Positions 1 through 10,536 of a stretch of DNA of 64,000 nt are shown here, piece after piece. The notes beneath the pieces were generated by a model. That model ran no database searches and was not told the DNA's origin. It worked only from the letters and a program-made list of their open reading frames with translations. Position numbers and translations under genes: made by a program. Source of the stretch: Bacteroidales bacterium (GTDB lineage Bacteria; Bacteroidota; Bacteroidia; Bacteroidales; UBA932); the NCBI GenBank assembly GCA_024402025.1, contig JAKSJY010000001.1, forward strand, positions 84-64,083, in the 5' to 3' direction. Positions within the stretch are counted from its first letter, which is position 1. Each line of letters opens with the position of its first letter.

Positions 1-1930
1 GGGTCTTAACCTCGATAAATTCGTATTTGAGAGCTTCTTTATGCATTTCGGGATCCTTTTCTTCTCCCTTATACTCCCAGGCGGCAACATACATGAAGTT
101 CTTGTCATCACGCTTTGCCTCGCCTTCTTCTGTCTGACTCTCTATACGGAAGTGTCCTCCGCAGGATTCGCTACGATTGAGCGCATCGCGTGCCATAAGT
201 TTTCCTATTTCGAAGAAATACTCAAGACGAAGCGCTTTTTCAAGTTCCTGATTGAATTCGAACTGCGTTCCGGGAACCTTTACATTCTCATAGAATTTCT
301 TTTTGAGTTCATCTATCTCGACTATTGCCTTCTTGAGTCCTTCCTCGTCACGTGCCATTCCTACGTACTCCCACATGATGTGACCGAGCTGCTTGTGAAT
401 TGAATCCACAGTTTCTGTTCCGTTGATGGCAAAGAGTTTATCGATACGTGCCTGAACGGCTTTTTCCGCTTCAATGAACTCTACCCTGTTTACATCAGTC
501 TTAGGCTCTGCGAATTTCTTTGAAAGATAGTCTCCGATAGTTACAGGAACGATGAAATAACCGTCTGCAAGACCCTGCATAAGTGCGGATGCTCCAAGTC
601 GGTTTCCACCATGGTCGGAGAAGTTTGCCTCACCTATTGCAAAAAGGCCGGGAACTGTTGTCTGAAGATCGTAGTCCACCCAGATACCTCCCATTGTATA
701 GTGTATTGCAGGATAAATCATCATAGGTTCTTCCCAAGGGGATGAAGCCGTGATTTTCTCATACATGTCGAAGAGGTTTCCATAGCGCTCAGCTACTTTC
801 TGGTGACCGAGTCTTTCTATCGCCTCGCCGAAATCGAGGAAGACCGCCTTTCCGGTTTCATTTACTCCATAACCGGCATCGCACCTTTCCTTTGCTGCAC
901 GTGATGCAACATCACGCGGAACAAGATTGCCGAATGCCGGATAACGGCGTTCGAGGTAGTAGTCACGATCCTCTTCAGGAATCTGGGATGCCTTTATCTC
1001 GTGCTTACGGAGTTTCTCTACGTCCTCAAGTTTCTTGGGAACCCAGATTCGACCGTCATTTCGCAGGGATTCACTCATAAGAGTAAGTTTGCACTGCTGG
1101 TCTCCGTGGACAGGAATACAGGTAGGATGAATCTGAGCGAAACATGGATTTGCAAAATATGCACCCTTCTTCCAGCACTGGACAGCTGCCGAACCGTTGG
1201 AATTCATTGCATTGGTAGAAAGGAAATATGTGTTTCCATATCCTCCGGTAGCAATGATTACTGCGTGGGCTCCGAATCTTTCAAGCTGACCTGTGATAAG
1301 GTTGCGGGCGATGATACCCTTTGCCTCACCGTTTACGAGAACGAGATCAAGCATCTCATATCTGGGATAACTCTTTACCGTACCGGCCGCAATCTGACGG
1401 TTGAGTGACGCGTATGCTCCGAGAAGAAGCTGCTGACCGGTTTGTCCCCTCGCATAGAAAGTACGGCTTACCTGAACTCCACCGAAAGAACGGTTTGCAA
1501 GATATCCGCCGTATTCACGTGCGAACGGAACTCCCTGAGCAACGCACTGGTCGATAATCGAAGCGCTCACCTCTGCAAGACGGTAAACGTTTGCCTCTCT
1601 CGCACGGTAATCTCCTCCCTTGATTGTATCGTAAAAAAGACGATACACGGAGTCGTTGTCATTCTGATAGTTCTTTGCAGCATTGATACCACCCTGTGCG
1701 GCAATGGAATGCGCTCTTCGCGGTGAATCACTAATACAGAACACTTTCACGTTGTAGCCGAGTTCTCCAAGAGTGGCGGCAGCAGATGCTCCGCCGAGTC
1801 CTGTACCTACTACAATGATTTCAAGTTTTCTTTTGTTGTTAGGGCTGACAAGATGAATTTCTGATTTACGTTTAGTCCATTTTTCCGCTAAAGGTCCATC
1901 AGGAATCTTTGAAATAAGTTTATCTGCCAT
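1..1930 (-). CDS. sdhA: Succinate dehydrogenase/fumarate reductase flavoprotein subunit (3' end runs off window)
   Basis: Missing from ORF track. Manual translation from ATG at 1930 gives [18 protein letters not shown]...[22 protein letters not shown]...[24 protein letters not shown] (FAD-binding His motif). The C-terminal ...YEFIEVKT at the window edge is in the same frame. Confidence 0.93.
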   Translation of the reverse strand, partial: MADKLISKIPDGPLAEKWTKRKSEIHLVSPNNKRKLEIIVVGTGLGGASAAATLGELGYNVKVFCISDSPRRAHSIAAQGGINAAKNYQNDNDSVYRLFYDTIKGGDYRAREANVYRLAEVSASIIDQCVAQGVPFAREYGGYLANRSFGGVQVSRTFYARGQTGQQLLLGAYASLNRQIAAGTVKSYPRYEMLDLVLVNGEAKGIIARNLITGQLERFGAHAVIIATGGYGNTYFLSTNAMNSNGSAAVQCWKKGAYFANPCFAQIHPTCIPVHGDQQCKLTLMSESLRNDGRIWVPKKLEDVEKLRKHEIKASQIPEEDRDYYLERRYPAFGNLVPRDVASRAAKERCDAGYGVNETGKAVFLDFGEAIERLGHQKVAERYGNLFDMYEKITASSPWEEPMMIYPAIHYTMGGIWVDYDLQTTVPGLFAIGEANFSDHGGNRLGASALMQGLADGYFIVPVTIGDYLSKKFAEPKTDVNRVEFIEAEKAVQARIDKLFAINGTETVDSIHKQLGHIMWEYVGMARDEEGLKKAIVEIDELKKKFYENVKVPGTQFEFNQELEKALRLEYFFEIGKLMARDALNRSESCGGHFRIESQTEEGEAKRDDKNFMYVAAWEYKGEEKDPEMHKEALKYEFIEVKT

Positions 1931-1957
1931 TATAATTATTATTTATAATATTTAATT

Positions 1958-2977
1958 TCAAAAAAGTTGCAGGTCCGTTTCCTTTCCCTTTGACATTCCA
2001 AGATGGGAATATGAAATATCCGTTGCAATCCTTCCTCTCTGAGTCCTCACAATGAATCCTTCCTTTATAAGGAAAGGCTCATACACTTCCTCGTATGTTC
2101 CCTGGTCTTCGCCTATTGCAGTTGCGATTGTATTCGCACCTACGGGACCGCCTTTGAAAGTATTGATTATTGTACTCAGAATCTTGTTGTCAATGGAATC
2201 GAGACCCCTTGTATCTATTTTCAGCTTATCAAGCGCGAATTTAGCAATTTTTAAATCAATTTCACCATTTCCCATCACTTGTGCGAAATCCCTAACCCTT
2301 CTCAGAAGTGCATTCGCTATTCTTGGGGTACCTCGGCTTCTTAGAGCAATTTCGGAAGAAGCTTCCCCTGTGATCGCTATCTTGAGAATGGATGCGCTTC
2401 TTTCGACTATCTTCTTGAGATCCTCCACATCATAATACTCCAGGGCACAGTTGATTCCGAATCTTGCCCGGAGAGGTGCGGTAAGGAGACCGCTTCTAGT
2501 AGTGGCGCCTACAAGGGTGAAAGGATTGAGAGAAATTCTGACAGACCTTGCACCGGGACCTTTGTCAATCATTATATCTATCACATAATCCTCCATCGCA
2601 GAGTAAAGATACTCCTCCACTTCGGGAGAAAGTCTGTGAATTTCATCGATGAAAAGAACGTCTCCGGATTCAAGGGATGTAAGCAGACCTGCAAGATCAC
2701 CCGGTTTGTCGAGAACGGGACCGGAAGTTATCTTCAGGTTAACCCCCATTTCATTGGCAATGATATTCGCAAGGGTAGTCTTTCCAAGTCCCGGAGGACC
2801 ATGAAAAAGAGTATGGTCGAGTGATTCACCTCTCAATTTAGCCGCTTTTATGTAGATTTCAAGATTCGAAACTATTTCATTCTGACCTGTGAAATCTCCC
2901 AAACCTTGAGGACGGATAATTCCGTCCAATTCCTTATCTTTGCATTCGTTTGTATTGCGAGGGTCAAAATCAGGCAT
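1958..2977 (-). CDS. ruvB: Holliday junction branch migration helicase RuvB
   Basis: [56 protein letters not shown] motifs. Confidence 0.97.
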   Translation of the reverse strand: MPDFDPRNTNECKDKELDGIIRPQGLGDFTGQNEIVSNLEIYIKAAKLRGESLDHTLFHGPPGLGKTTLANIIANEMGVNLKITSGPVLDKPGDLAGLLTSLESGDVLFIDEIHRLSPEVEEYLYSAMEDYVIDIMIDKGPGARSVRISLNPFTLVGATTRSGLLTAPLRARFGINCALEYYDVEDLKKIVERSASILKIAITGEASSEIALRSRGTPRIANALLRRVRDFAQVMGNGEIDLKIAKFALDKLKIDTRGLDSIDNKILSTIINTFKGGPVGANTIATAIGEDQGTYEEVYEPFLIKEGFIVRTQRGRIATDISYSHLGMSKGKETDLQLF

Positions 2978-2989
2978 AAAACCGGGCTT

Positions 2990-3244
2990 TTTCTAAAATC
3001 AATACAAATATAGTTTTTTATTTATTCAGTTTGATGATGATGTTTCGGCTGTTAATATGTTGATAACTTTATAAGTTATTAAAAATAAACATTTTAACCA
3101 GAGTTGTCATTATTGATAAAATGTTGAAGGCCGTGTGTTGTCGCTGTTGATAAGTGAAGAGGATATTTTTATTAACAAATCGCCCGAATGAATCAACACG
3201 TTTTCCACCGGTTTTCAACTTGAAAAAGACATAAATGTTGATAA
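2990..3244. other. Putative chromosomal replication origin (oriC): DnaA-box cluster plus unwinding element
   Basis: TGTTGATAA (=TTATCAACA) at 3058-3066, 3145-3153 and 3236-3244, with degenerate copies at 3050, 3111, 3169, 3190, 3201 and 3212. GATGATGAT triplets and an AT-rich tract lie left of the first box. Gene orientation flips here. Confidence 0.7.
3005..3012 (-). promoter_or_regulatory. Bacteroidota primary-sigma -7 box (TATATTTG) for ruvB-sdhA
   Basis: Matches TAnnTTTG consensus, 27 nt upstream of the ruvB ATG. Confidence 0.55.
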
Positions 3245-6200
3245 GTTCGAAAGCGTGCGAGCTGCTCAGCGACAGAATGAATACCGAGAGGGAATCTTTC
3301 TGCCGTGGGTTGTTTTTGTCTGCAAGATGGTTTATCGTCTCCCAGTGCGCCCGGAAGGGCGTTCATCTGATCATACTTCCAAACCAGGAGGCGGCGGAAT
3401 ATTGTTGCGGGGATCTTTATAATCTGGTGGACGGAGACAGTGTGTTTTTTCTTCCCTCCTGCGGAGAAGGTCTTGAAAAAAGCAACTACAAATCCACGCT
3501 GAACGTGCAGAGGACAGCCGCCGTAGAGAAAATAATAAAATGGAAAAATGAAGAAGGACCACTGTTCGTGGTGTCTTATCCCCAGTCCGTCGAAGAATCC
3601 TGTCCGGACATAAAATCGATAAAAGCTTCGACGCTTGAACTTTTCAAGGGAAAGAACATTTCACACGAGCAGATAATAAGCATACTCGGCACCAACGGAT
3701 TCGAAAGGGCGGACTTTGTGTCTTCTCCGGGTCAGTATGCCATCAGGGGGTCCCTGATCGACGTTTTTTCCTATTCAAGCGACAAAGCTTTCAGAATATC
3801 TTTCTGGGGTAACGAAATTGACAGAATCAACACCTTCGACTGCAACACCCAACTTTCGGAAGAAGAGAGACAAAGCGTTGAAATAGTTTCCGACGTAGTA
3901 TGCGGAGTGAATGAAAAGAAAGCCACACTTTTCGACATTGTTCCAAAGGACTGCACCATCTGGCTCGATTCCAGTGACATGTATCACAATGAGCCGTTCT
4001 ATCAGTCCTGTACTTCCTTCAGGAGAGTTTATCTCGACGTTCCTCTCGGAACCGACGAGGAAAAGGAAATAAAATTCAACATAAGCCCCCAGCCGGCTTT
4101 CAACAAGAACTTCGAACTCCTTGTTTCCGAAATAAGGGGAAAAATGGAGAACAGCTTCAAGGTCCTGGTGTACGGAGAAAAGCAGAGCCAGCTCGACAGA
4201 CTGAAATCCATACTCGGACAGGAAGGTTGTCCAATGCCGGAATTCATTCCGGGCGCCAATATCCACAACGGTTTTGTGGATTCGGATGACAAGGTATGCT
4301 GTTACTCCGACCATGAAATATTCGACAGGTTCCACAGGGTAAATGTCCGCCACAGTGTTGAAAAGAGTGAACAGCTTACGCTCAATGACCTGAACGCATT
4401 CAACGTAGGGGATTACGTAGTCCATATCGATCACGGGGTCGGGATTTTCGGGGGGCTTGTAAGGATGCATGATGACAAGGGCCGCATAAAGGAGGTTGTA
4501 AAAATTACCTACAAGGACGGCGACGTAGTATTTGTGTCCGTCCACGCCCTGAACAAGATTTCCCGTTTCCGTTCGAAAGACGGTCAGCCTCCTAAAATCA
4601 ACAAACTCGGTTCCAAGACCTGGGTCGCCCTGAAGAACGGCGCAAAAAGCAAGGTCAAGGACATAGCGAAGGAACTCATACAACTCTATGCAAAGAGGAA
4701 GGCATCCGAGGGGTTTGCCTTTTCGGCGGATACATATCTCCAGAATGAACTCGAGTCATCCTTTATGTATGAGGACACGCCCGACCAGGAGGAAACCACA
4801 AAGGCGGTCAAGCGGGATATGGAGGACTCCTGTCCGATGGACAGGCTCGTATGCGGAGACGTAGGTTTCGGAAAAACAGAAATAGCCATCAGGGCGGCTT
4901 TCAAAGCCGTCGCGGACGGAAAGCAGGTGGCGGTGCTTGTGCCTACTACAATTCTGGCACTTCAGCATTTCAAAACCTTCCGCAACCGCCTTGCAGACCT
5001 TCCCTGCAATGTTGACTATGTAAGCAGGCTGCGGTCGGCCAAAGAAATTTCAGAGATTCAGGAGAAGCTGAAAAAAGGTCAGACAGACATACTGATAGGA
5101 ACCCACAAAGTTCTCGGCAAGGGATTCGAATTCAAAGATCTCGGGCTGCTGGTAATAGACGAGGAGCAGAAATTCGGAGTGAGCGCGAAAGAGAAACTCC
5201 GCGAACTCAAATCAAACGTAGACACCCTCACTCTCACCGCAACTCCGATTCCGAGAACTCTCCAGTTCTCCCTTCTCGGCGCAAGGGACCTCAGTATCAT
5301 AAACACTCCACCATCCAACAGAATCCCGGTCCAGACGGAAATAATACTCTTCGACGAGAACGAGATAAGAGGCATTATAGAATACGAACTGCACAGGGGC
5401 GGACAGATTTTCTTCCTGCACAACAAGGTAGAGGAACTTTGGAGCATAGAGGAAATTCTTCACAGGCTCGTTCCGGATATGAAAATCTGCGTCGCTCACG
5501 GGCAGATGGAATCCAAGGAACTGGAAAACAGGATGCTCGATTTCATGAACGGCGACTATGACATGCTTCTTTGCACGACCATCATTGAAAACGGGCTTGA
5601 CATCCCCAACGCCAACACCATTCTTGTCAACCAGGCACAGAACATCGGTCTGAGCGATCTCCACCAGCTGCGCGGCAGGGTCGGCCGTTCCAACAGGAAA
5701 GCTTTCTGCTACCTGATCGTCCCTCCGCTTTCCAGCATCAGCGACGATGCGCGCAGGCGTCTTCGTGCCATAGAGGAGTTCTCGGACCTGGGCAGCGGAT
5801 TCAACATCGCGATGCAGGACCTGGACATCAGGGGAGCGGGCAACCTCCTCGGCGCCGAGCAAAGCGGTTTCATCACCGAAATGGGTTTCGAGACATACCA
5901 GAAAATCCTTTCCGAGGCCATGGAGGAACTTGGGCTGGAAGCTGCGGCGGGAGGGGTGCCGGTGGCCGGAAAGGACAAGTTCGTGGCGGACTGCAGCATT
6001 GAAACCGACCAGCAGGCCCTCATTCCGGACGACTATATGGACATCACCGCGGAGAAGATGCGAATCTACAAGCATCTGGATTCCATCACTACCGAAAAAG
6101 AGGCCGACCGCTATGCAAAACAGGTCGAGGACCGTTTCGGCCCTCTTCCGGTGGAACTGAGAAACCTTTTCGATGTCGTGAAGGTCAGGAACCTCGGCGC

Positions 6201-6432
6201 GTCCCTCGGCTTTGAAAAAATCATCATCAAGAACGGGATGTTCATCTGTTTCTTCGTGCAGAATCCGATGTCGCAGTATTACAAGAGTGAAATTTTCGCC
6301 GGAATCCTCGAAAGAATCCAGCTCGGACACACTCCGTTTGAAATGAAGCAAAGCGAGGGTAAGTTGAAAATAATCACCAGGGGGATAGACTCCATAGCTT
6401 CGGCCCTGGACGCCTTGAAAAAATTGCAATAA
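3235..6432 (+). CDS. mfd: Transcription-repair coupling factor Mfd
   Basis: GDYVVHIDHGVG (CarD/RID), CGDVGFGKTE, IDEEQKFG, TATPIPRTL, LHQLRGRVGRS, DLDIRGAGNLLG. Confidence 0.97.
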   Translation: MLISSKACELLSDRMNTERESFCRGLFLSARWFIVSQCARKGVHLIILPNQEAAEYCCGDLYNLVDGDSVFFLPSCGEGLEKSNYKSTLNVQRTAAVEKIIKWKNEEGPLFVVSYPQSVEESCPDIKSIKASTLELFKGKNISHEQIISILGTNGFERADFVSSPGQYAIRGSLIDVFSYSSDKAFRISFWGNEIDRINTFDCNTQLSEEERQSVEIVSDVVCGVNEKKATLFDIVPKDCTIWLDSSDMYHNEPFYQSCTSFRRVYLDVPLGTDEEKEIKFNISPQPAFNKNFELLVSEIRGKMENSFKVLVYGEKQSQLDRLKSILGQEGCPMPEFIPGANIHNGFVDSDDKVCCYSDHEIFDRFHRVNVRHSVEKSEQLTLNDLNAFNVGDYVVHIDHGVGIFGGLVRMHDDKGRIKEVVKITYKDGDVVFVSVHALNKISRFRSKDGQPPKINKLGSKTWVALKNGAKSKVKDIAKELIQLYAKRKASEGFAFSADTYLQNELESSFMYEDTPDQEETTKAVKRDMEDSCPMDRLVCGDVGFGKTEIAIRAAFKAVADGKQVAVLVPTTILALQHFKTFRNRLADLPCNVDYVSRLRSAKEISEIQEKLKKGQTDILIGTHKVLGKGFEFKDLGLLVIDEEQKFGVSAKEKLRELKSNVDTLTLTATPIPRTLQFSLLGARDLSIINTPPSNRIPVQTEIILFDENEIRGIIEYELHRGGQIFFLHNKVEELWSIEEILHRLVPDMKICVAHGQMESKELENRMLDFMNGDYDMLLCTTIIENGLDIPNANTILVNQAQNIGLSDLHQLRGRVGRSNRKAFCYLIVPPLSSISDDARRRLRAIEEFSDLGSGFNIAMQDLDIRGAGNLLGAEQSGFITEMGFETYQKILSEAMEELGLEAAAGGVPVAGKDKFVADCSIETDQQALIPDDYMDITAEKMRIYKHLDSITTEKEADRYAKQVEDRFGPLPVELRNLFDVVKVRNLGASLGFEKIIIKNGMFICFFVQNPMSQYYKSEIFAGILERIQLGHTPFEMKQSEGKLKIITRGIDSIASALDALKKLQ

Positions 6433-6437
6433 ATTCA

Positions 6438-6445
6438 TATCTTTG
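6438..6445 (+). promoter_or_regulatory. -7 promoter box TATCTTTG for the coaX operon
   Basis: TAnnTTTG consensus followed by C, 9 nt before the ATG at 6455. Confidence 0.6.
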
Positions 6446-6454
6446 CCAACCCTT

Positions 6455-7171
6455 ATGGCAAACCTGCTGATAGAAATAGGAAACACCGCACTGAAAGGCG
6501 CCTGGGCTGAGGGGAAAACCCTCGGCAAGACAATCAGATATCAGGGTGAAAAGGTTTTCGGGTTCATTGAAAAAATGACCGCGGAAATCCGTCCTGAAAT
6601 AATGGTCGTCGCCAGTAAGAGAGACATTGACTCTCAGGCGGAAAACAGGCTGCGTGCGTGTTGCAGGACGTTGGTTCTGATGGACCAGACACACAGGGAC
6701 CTGCTCCGCGCATACGGGCTTCCCGAATATCTTTCTCCGGACCGCGCCGCCTCGCTGGTGGCCGCGAGGGATCTTTTCAGAGGGAAAAAGTGCATGGTTT
6801 TCGATTTCGGAACCATCGTTTCCGTGGATTTCCTGAATGAGGACGGAACTTATGGCGGAGGGAACCTCTCCCTTGGATGCAGAACCCGTTTCAAGGCAAT
6901 GCAGCGTTATTCAAGATCCCTTCCTCTGGTCAACACCCCTAAGGAAAATCCCGGAAAAGGTTATTCGCTGGAATCCAGCATCGAGGCCGGAATAGTGTCT
7001 GGCATCAAATTTGAAATTGACGGATATATCCAATCTTCCCCGGACAGCGTGGTTCTGTTCACCGGAGGAGATGCAAATTTTTTGGCAAAGCAAACTAAAA
7101 GTTCCATCTTTGTGGTTTGCAACCTTGTGCTGATGGGTCTTGCAACCATCGCTGACGATTATGGCAAGTAG
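6455..7171 (+). CDS. coaX: Type III pantothenate kinase
   Basis: LLIEIGNTALK, PDR, VFDFGT, GGNLSLG and FTGGDA motifs; start moved to ATG 6455. Confidence 0.9.
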   Translation: MANLLIEIGNTALKGAWAEGKTLGKTIRYQGEKVFGFIEKMTAEIRPEIMVVASKRDIDSQAENRLRACCRTLVLMDQTHRDLLRAYGLPEYLSPDRAASLVAARDLFRGKKCMVFDFGTIVSVDFLNEDGTYGGGNLSLGCRTRFKAMQRYSRSLPLVNTPKENPGKGYSLESSIEAGIVSGIKFEIDGYIQSSPDSVVLFTGGDANFLAKQTKSSIFVVCNLVLMGLATIADDYGK

Positions 7172-8483
7172 AAAAAAGGTTATCAAGCTTGTTGTCCTTG
7201 CGTTTGCCGCAATGAACTGCGCAATCGCCTCGGCAATCGACGGCGGCTCCTATACGGGATTCGCTCCCTATACCGTATTCGGCATAGGAGACCTGTATTC
7301 TGCCGGATCGGCCTACAATGCGACGATGGGCGGAGTCGGCATCGCCACCAGGAACAACAGGTACATCAACACGATGAACCCGGCCGCGGTAACGGCCAGA
7401 GATTCGCTGGCCTTCATGTCGGATTTCTCGATGTACGGCCAGAACAAGCTTTTCCGTCAGGGGGACCTGAAGTCCGCCAACAACACCTTCAATCTTTGTG
7501 ATTTCGTAATATCATTTCCCTTGTGGAAAACTTCGGCGATGATGGTTGGAGTAAGACCGTTCAGCAGCACCGGATATTCCTACGGATATTACGAGACTAA
7601 CGAAAAAGTGATTTACAATGTCGGCAACGCCGCACATGCATATTCCGGAGAAGGAGGACTCTATCAGGTGTTCGCTTCCGCCGGGATCACTTTCGCCAAG
7701 CGGCTTTCAATAGGAGCCGAATATGAATTCTACTTCGGGGACATCACGAAGAAATATACCCAGACAATCGAGGACAATGCGGCCCTCGCCCTTTCACAAC
7801 TTTATGATATGGCGCTTACCGCACATTCCGCAAAGTTCGGCCTGCAATATGAACAGCCGGTAGGGAACAAGTTGAGGCTGGGATTCGGAGCGACATACAG
7901 GCTTTCGGCAGACCTTCTCGGATACAACGAATACAGCAAGTCCCTCGGGTCCATCGCAACCGAGATCAGGAGCGATACCCTGACCGTAAGTCCCGGAGGC
8001 CCCCGGATAGCCGGAGAGTTGGGTGTGGGAATAAGTTTCACGTATATGGACAAGTTGCGTGGGGAAATCGACTACATACGCACGGACTGGACCAACTGCG
8101 GTTTCGAATACGCCCCCGGATTCGCAGTGAACGGCGCCGACGCCCCCGTGTTCCGCGGAGCGGTGAGCCAGAAGGTCCGGCTCGGAGTCGAATACCTTCC
8201 GAACATCAGCGACATACGCTATTATCACAAGAAGATAGCCTATCGCGCCGGAGCATATTTCGGAACCGAGAATTACACGGTCTTCGGACAGCCGATATCG
8301 ACCTTCGGCATCACTTTCGGTGCGACGCTCCCGGTTTTCAGATGGTACAACGGCGTTACCATAGGAATGGAACTGGGACAGAGGGGAACCCTTGAAAACG
8401 ATCTCGTAAAGGAGAATTACATAGGAATTTCCGTCGGGTTCAATCTTTTCGACATCTGGTTCAGAAAGAATCAATACGAATAA
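7161..8483 (+). CDS. FadL-like outer-membrane beta-barrel protein (possible Bacteroidota BamG-type)
   Basis: Signal peptide; PYTVFGIGDL...MGGVGIA...INTMNPAA N-terminal FadL-like motif; amphipathic strands; C-terminal WFRK..YE. Confidence 0.7.
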   Translation: MASRKKVIKLVVLAFAAMNCAIASAIDGGSYTGFAPYTVFGIGDLYSAGSAYNATMGGVGIATRNNRYINTMNPAAVTARDSLAFMSDFSMYGQNKLFRQGDLKSANNTFNLCDFVISFPLWKTSAMMVGVRPFSSTGYSYGYYETNEKVIYNVGNAAHAYSGEGGLYQVFASAGITFAKRLSIGAEYEFYFGDITKKYTQTIEDNAALALSQLYDMALTAHSAKFGLQYEQPVGNKLRLGFGATYRLSADLLGYNEYSKSLGSIATEIRSDTLTVSPGGPRIAGELGVGISFTYMDKLRGEIDYIRTDWTNCGFEYAPGFAVNGADAPVFRGAVSQKVRLGVEYLPNISDIRYYHKKIAYRAGAYFGTENYTVFGQPISTFGITFGATLPVFRWYNGVTIGMELGQRGTLENDLVKENYIGISVGFNLFDIWFRKNQYE

Positions 8484-8498
8484 CAACAAAATAAAGAT

Positions 8499-9839
8499 AT
8501 GAAGAAACTTGCAATTGTTCTTGCCGCCATCGTAATGATGGTCGGAAATCCCCAGGACATGAGGGCCCAGGGAAAGTATGGTGCGGACAGCGCACAATGC
8601 CTTATGTACCTCTCCTATTACAGGGAGTATTTCAAACAGAAGAGCTATGACGACGCAACCCGCAACTGGCGCAAGGCGTATGAACTCTGTCCTCCCAACT
8701 GCAACCAGCAGATGCTCGCGGACGGTGCATCCCTTATGAGGAAGCTCATCTCGAAGAACGCGAAGAACCCCATCTACCGTGAGGCTCTCGTGGATTCCCT
8801 GATGACACTGCACAACCAGCGCATCCAGTACTTCCCCAACACCAAGAGCTTTGCCACCGCCGTTAACAACAAGGGTACCGACGTCATCAACTATATCAAG
8901 GACAATGACCAGAGGGCTTATGCGCTCTACAACGAAGTTATCGAGATCAACAAGGAAAAGACCACTCCCAACGTGCTTCTTTTCTGCCTGAACACCGCGA
9001 TATCCCTGTACAAGGTCGGCCTGATAGACGAGGAGGAGGTTATCAACACCTATGAGCGCAACTCCGCATACCTTGACGCCGTCACTCCCAAGAACGACAT
9101 CGAAGCCGAAGAGATTTCCAAGACCAAGAACGATATGGAGCAGCTCTTTGCCGCCAGCCAGGTTGCAAGCTGCGACAAGCTCATCGAACTTTACACTCCC
9201 CGCTTCAACGAAAATCCCGAAGACGCGGACCTCGCTGCGAAGATTCTTCGTTCCATGTCCAAGGCCGAGGACTGCACGGACAACGACCTTTTCCTGAAGG
9301 CGGCCACCACCAACTACAAGAACAATCCTTCCGCCGCTTCGGCTTACTTCCTCTACAGGCTCAACTCCAACAGCGGAAACGTAGCCGCCGCAATCAAGTA
9401 TATGGAGGAAGCCATCGCATATGAGAACGACAACGTCAATGAGGATGCGGAATACTATTGTGAGCTCGCGGCATTCTGCTACAAGTCGGGAAGGTCCGCC
9501 AGCGCCCTCGATTATGTCCGCAAGTGCGTTGCCGCCGACAAGAACAACGTAGTGTCCGGCCGTGCATACCTGCTTGCAGGAACAATCTGGGCAAACACGA
9601 AGTGCACCGGAAATGAAATTCAGACACGCGCAAAGTTCTGGGTTGCAGTCGATTATATGATCAAGGCCCGCAAGGCCGATTCTTCTCTCGCAGACGAAGC
9701 GGCAAAGCAGATCGCCCAGTTCAGCCAGTACTTCCCTCAGACGGCGGAGGCATTCATGTATGACGTCCAGGACGGACAGACATACGAAGTCAACTGCGGA
9801 GACCTCCACGACGTCACGGTTGTTCGCACCCAGAAATAA
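8499..9839 (+). CDS. Exported tetratricopeptide-repeat protein
   Basis: Signal peptide, helical Ala/Tyr-rich TPR-like repeats, conserved-looking C-terminus (FWVAVD...YFP...FM). Confidence 0.75.
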   Translation: MKKLAIVLAAIVMMVGNPQDMRAQGKYGADSAQCLMYLSYYREYFKQKSYDDATRNWRKAYELCPPNCNQQMLADGASLMRKLISKNAKNPIYREALVDSLMTLHNQRIQYFPNTKSFATAVNNKGTDVINYIKDNDQRAYALYNEVIEINKEKTTPNVLLFCLNTAISLYKVGLIDEEEVINTYERNSAYLDAVTPKNDIEAEEISKTKNDMEQLFAASQVASCDKLIELYTPRFNENPEDADLAAKILRSMSKAEDCTDNDLFLKAATTNYKNNPSAASAYFLYRLNSNSGNVAAAIKYMEEAIAYENDNVNEDAEYYCELAAFCYKSGRSASALDYVRKCVAADKNNVVSGRAYLLAGTIWANTKCTGNEIQTRAKFWVAVDYMIKARKADSSLADEAAKQIAQFSQYFPQTAEAFMYDVQDGQTYEVNCGDLHDVTVVRTQK

Positions 9840-9841
9840 TT

Positions 9842-10474
9842 TTGAGAAGCTTCTCAAATAGGATATTACGAACAGCAACCGCCTTTGCGGTTGCTTTCGT
9901 TGTGTGCACGGGGTGTTCCCGAAAGCTGAAGGAGGCGGAAAAGCTTGTCCTGTCCGAGGTGCCGACGCAGAAAATAGCCAACATGTTCGCAGTTCAGACC
10001 AAGAACGGGGTTGTGCTGCAGAGACTTGAGGCTCCGGTGATGGAAAAATATGAAAGGGACACCTGCAATTGGGATGCGTTCCCTGACGGGCTGTCCGCGT
10101 ATATGTATACGGAAGACGGACTGCTCGAGACCATAATCCGCACGGATTATGCGAGACACGTGACCGGGGGGAACAGACGCTCGACAAAGGAAATATGGGA
10201 GGCTTACGGCAACGTGTTCATACACAATGTCATCAAATGCCAGACCCTTGAAACGGACACCCTCTATTGGAACCGCAACGACGGCAAGATCTATACCGAC
10301 GCATACGTCAGGCTGTATTCACCCGACGGGATGATGCAGGGACGGGGTATGGAGTCCGACGACAGGGCCCGCAATTCCGAACTGCTCAACCCTTTCGACA
10401 GTTTCGGATACGCGGTCCAGGATTCCTCCAAAGTGGCCATTGATACTGTAAACTTCATTGGCCCTTTGCAATAA
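9842..10474 (+). CDS. lptC: LPS export ABC transporter periplasmic protein LptC
   Basis: Lipobox-like N-terminus; FPDGL, WEAYGNV, LETDTLYW, IYTD..V and G.GMESD motifs; TTG start. Confidence 0.8.
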   Translation: MRSFSNRILRTATAFAVAFVVCTGCSRKLKEAEKLVLSEVPTQKIANMFAVQTKNGVVLQRLEAPVMEKYERDTCNWDAFPDGLSAYMYTEDGLLETIIRTDYARHVTGGNRRSTKEIWEAYGNVFIHNVIKCQTLETDTLYWNRNDGKIYTDAYVRLYSPDGMMQGRGMESDDRARNSELLNPFDSFGYAVQDSSKVAIDTVNFIGPLQ

Positions 10475-10536
10475 TTCCGGAAATTTGTTAACTTCGCAAC
10501 CCTTATTTGTTTATTAAAGAATAAAAACAATACGAT

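Noticed and set aside
41-1726. Plus-strand ORFs 41-403, 892-1080, 1001-1408 and 1442-1726
   Set aside because: Antisense shadows of sdhA, which the ORF track missed because it runs off the window.
7794-10187. 797-aa minus-strand ORF (also 12355-13785, 28546-29853, 49443-50885, 56646-58334)
   Set aside because: Long antisense ORFs opposite well-supported genes. They are expected from GC-rich codon bias and show no recognisable motifs.
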